DNA of 64,000 nt from Leucoraja erinacea. Taxonomy: Eukaryota. The notes beneath the pieces are model-generated. The model ran no database searches. It saw only the letters and a program-made list of their open reading frames with translations, and was not told the DNA's origin. The position numbers were made by a program, and so were the translations under genes. Numbering within the stretch: the first letter of the stretch is position 1; each line of letters opens with the position of its first letter. The DNA is taken from NCBI RefSeq assembly GCF_028641065.1, contig NC_073404.1, positions 16,554,001-16,618,000 on the forward strand, read 5' to 3'. Below are positions 62,349-64,000 of this stretch, one piece after another.

Positions 62349-63194
62349 GTATGAGACTTATTCCTACTGTGCATGAATTAGATTTGATTTGATTTATTAC
62401 GATTGTGTTCCTTTTTTCAGTAAAGGGCAAATATTAACAGTTCACAAAGTTGTAATCCAGATCAATGTTTACTTAATCTTTTTCAGAAGGCAAGTATGAT
62501 TTCTCCTTGGTCTGATGGATGTAGGATTCATTGTAATACATTTGTTTACTCCCAGTTCAATAACTCCAGGTTCATAGTACTGATCAATAGATCTAAAATT
62601 CTGCAGTACAAGTAGATTTGCTCAGACTCGTGTTACCACTTGACTCAGCTACTCTCCTAATGGCATGCACATTTTACAAGCCAAGATTTGTTCTGCAGAA
62701 GAAACGTTTTTGACTTCTTGAGTCCTTGGCTGATGCAGGATTTGAGTAAGAGTGGAAAAGCACAATACTCTAATATTACTCTTCAGCTTCCTCTTTCATC
62801 CTTTTACTGTTAATTATTCACTAGTGGAAACAATTCTTCATTCTTTATTTTGTAAGCTGTTTCTGAAATTGAATAGATATTGTTTCCTGCTTTAATATTA
62901 TTCAATGATTTTACATTCATTTTTCTTCAAGTGTATAAACATCTGTTTGTCACACAGTTCTTGAGAATCTTTGATTTTGATTACAGTAATATACTTCCTA
63001 TAATGCCCAGATATACATTGGTGGCTTCAACAGTATCTATGTATTACCTAGTTGCTTTTACATTCATTGCTCCATGTTTCAAGCCCAGTGTCTTCCTAGC
63101 CACTCCAATGACTGTGTGCCCATTCAGTCCACTCTGGCTCTACTTTGAAAGAACTATCCTATTAGACGAGCAGTAGACTAGCAGAGAGGCTCTC

Positions 63195-63490
63195 TCTCTC
63201 CTTCCCTCCTCCACCCAAGTCATTGTACTGGCTTCAAAGTCATCATGTTGATTCTCATTGTCTAACTCATTTTCACCTAGCCCACAGCTAGCAATGGCCT
63301 GTTTCCTTTATCATCATTACTTTTATGCATATCATTCATTCATTTGTTCTATACCTCTTGATATCACCGTCCTTTCCCTTTCCCTCTCAGTCTGAGGCAG
63401 GGTCTCGACCCGAAACGACACCTTTTCCTGTTCTCCAGAGATGCTGTCTGACCCGCTGTTACTCCAGCCTTTTGTGTCTATCTTAGCTTT
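63195..63490 (+). mobile_element. Penelope-derived terminal-repeat relic
   Basis: Reverse homologue of ~41870-42170; CAGTCTGAGGCAGGGTCTCGACCCGAAACGAC core. Confidence 0.75.
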
Positions 63491-64000
63491 CAGAAGGCTT
63501 CTGCACCGCTGCTGGGCTTCATGTGCAGTTGAGCAGCACAGCAGACTATTTGACTCGCTGTCCTTGTATTGTACAACTTGCAAACTTTTCCCTTTCACAT
63601 TTACAACTCAAGAAAATAGGAGCAGGGGTAGACCAGCTGGCCTCTCAGGCTTGCCCGTCATTCAGTATGATTCTGGCTGAACTATACTGGCCTCAATTTC
63701 TCTCTTGTACCAGTTCTCTTAGAAAGTCATAATTGATTAAACAGATTCAGACCCATTTTAAGGAAACTTAAAACTGGAAATGGCTAGAGTAAGTGACAAA
63801 GGCTAGAGGTGAAAGGGAAACAAAAAGTAGCCAGTTAAGAAAGGAAGAGGATAGAAATGGAAAGCTGGAAGGATGGATATGGATGGAAGGGAACAGGGAG
63901 GGGAAAGCAGGGGGTGGGGGATTAGATGGAAATAAGGAGCTTGGGGATTGGAGCTGAGTGTACAAAGGAGGGGAAAGGAGCAGGATGATTGGGGCAGTGG

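Overview
Vertebrate genomic DNA, not prokaryotic. The repeat complement (HER1/CR1-type LINEs, V-SINE/HE1-like and Deu-SINE-like SINEs, many Penelope relics) points to a cartilaginous fish, probably a skate or ray (inference). Two head-to-head genes are supported. PEX12 is complete on the minus strand: coding exons 41408-41536, 38302-38846 and 35146-35542, 1071 nt, 356 aa. AP2B1 is present as its 5' part on the plus strand: a probable non-coding exon 1 in the CpG island at ~45.2-45.7 kb, then coding exons at 51481, 53875, 57458 and 62103 giving the first 175 aa; the gene continues beyond the window. The rest is mostly transposon debris, and nearly all short ORFs in the track are spurious or TE fragments. 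I found no convincing undescribed multi-gene system. The most interesting signals are: minimal hammerhead-ribozyme motifs in Penelope-derived repeats; fold-back Penelope insertions with target-site duplications; a cryptic ~1.5-kb, ~41-bp-period degenerate array; a ~20-bp degenerate array next to the AP2B1 promoter; an inverted young CR1 pair bracketing most of PEX12 intron 1; and a young hAT MITE. Exon coordinates were counted base by base; repeat boundaries are approximate. All homology calls are from recall, not database searches.
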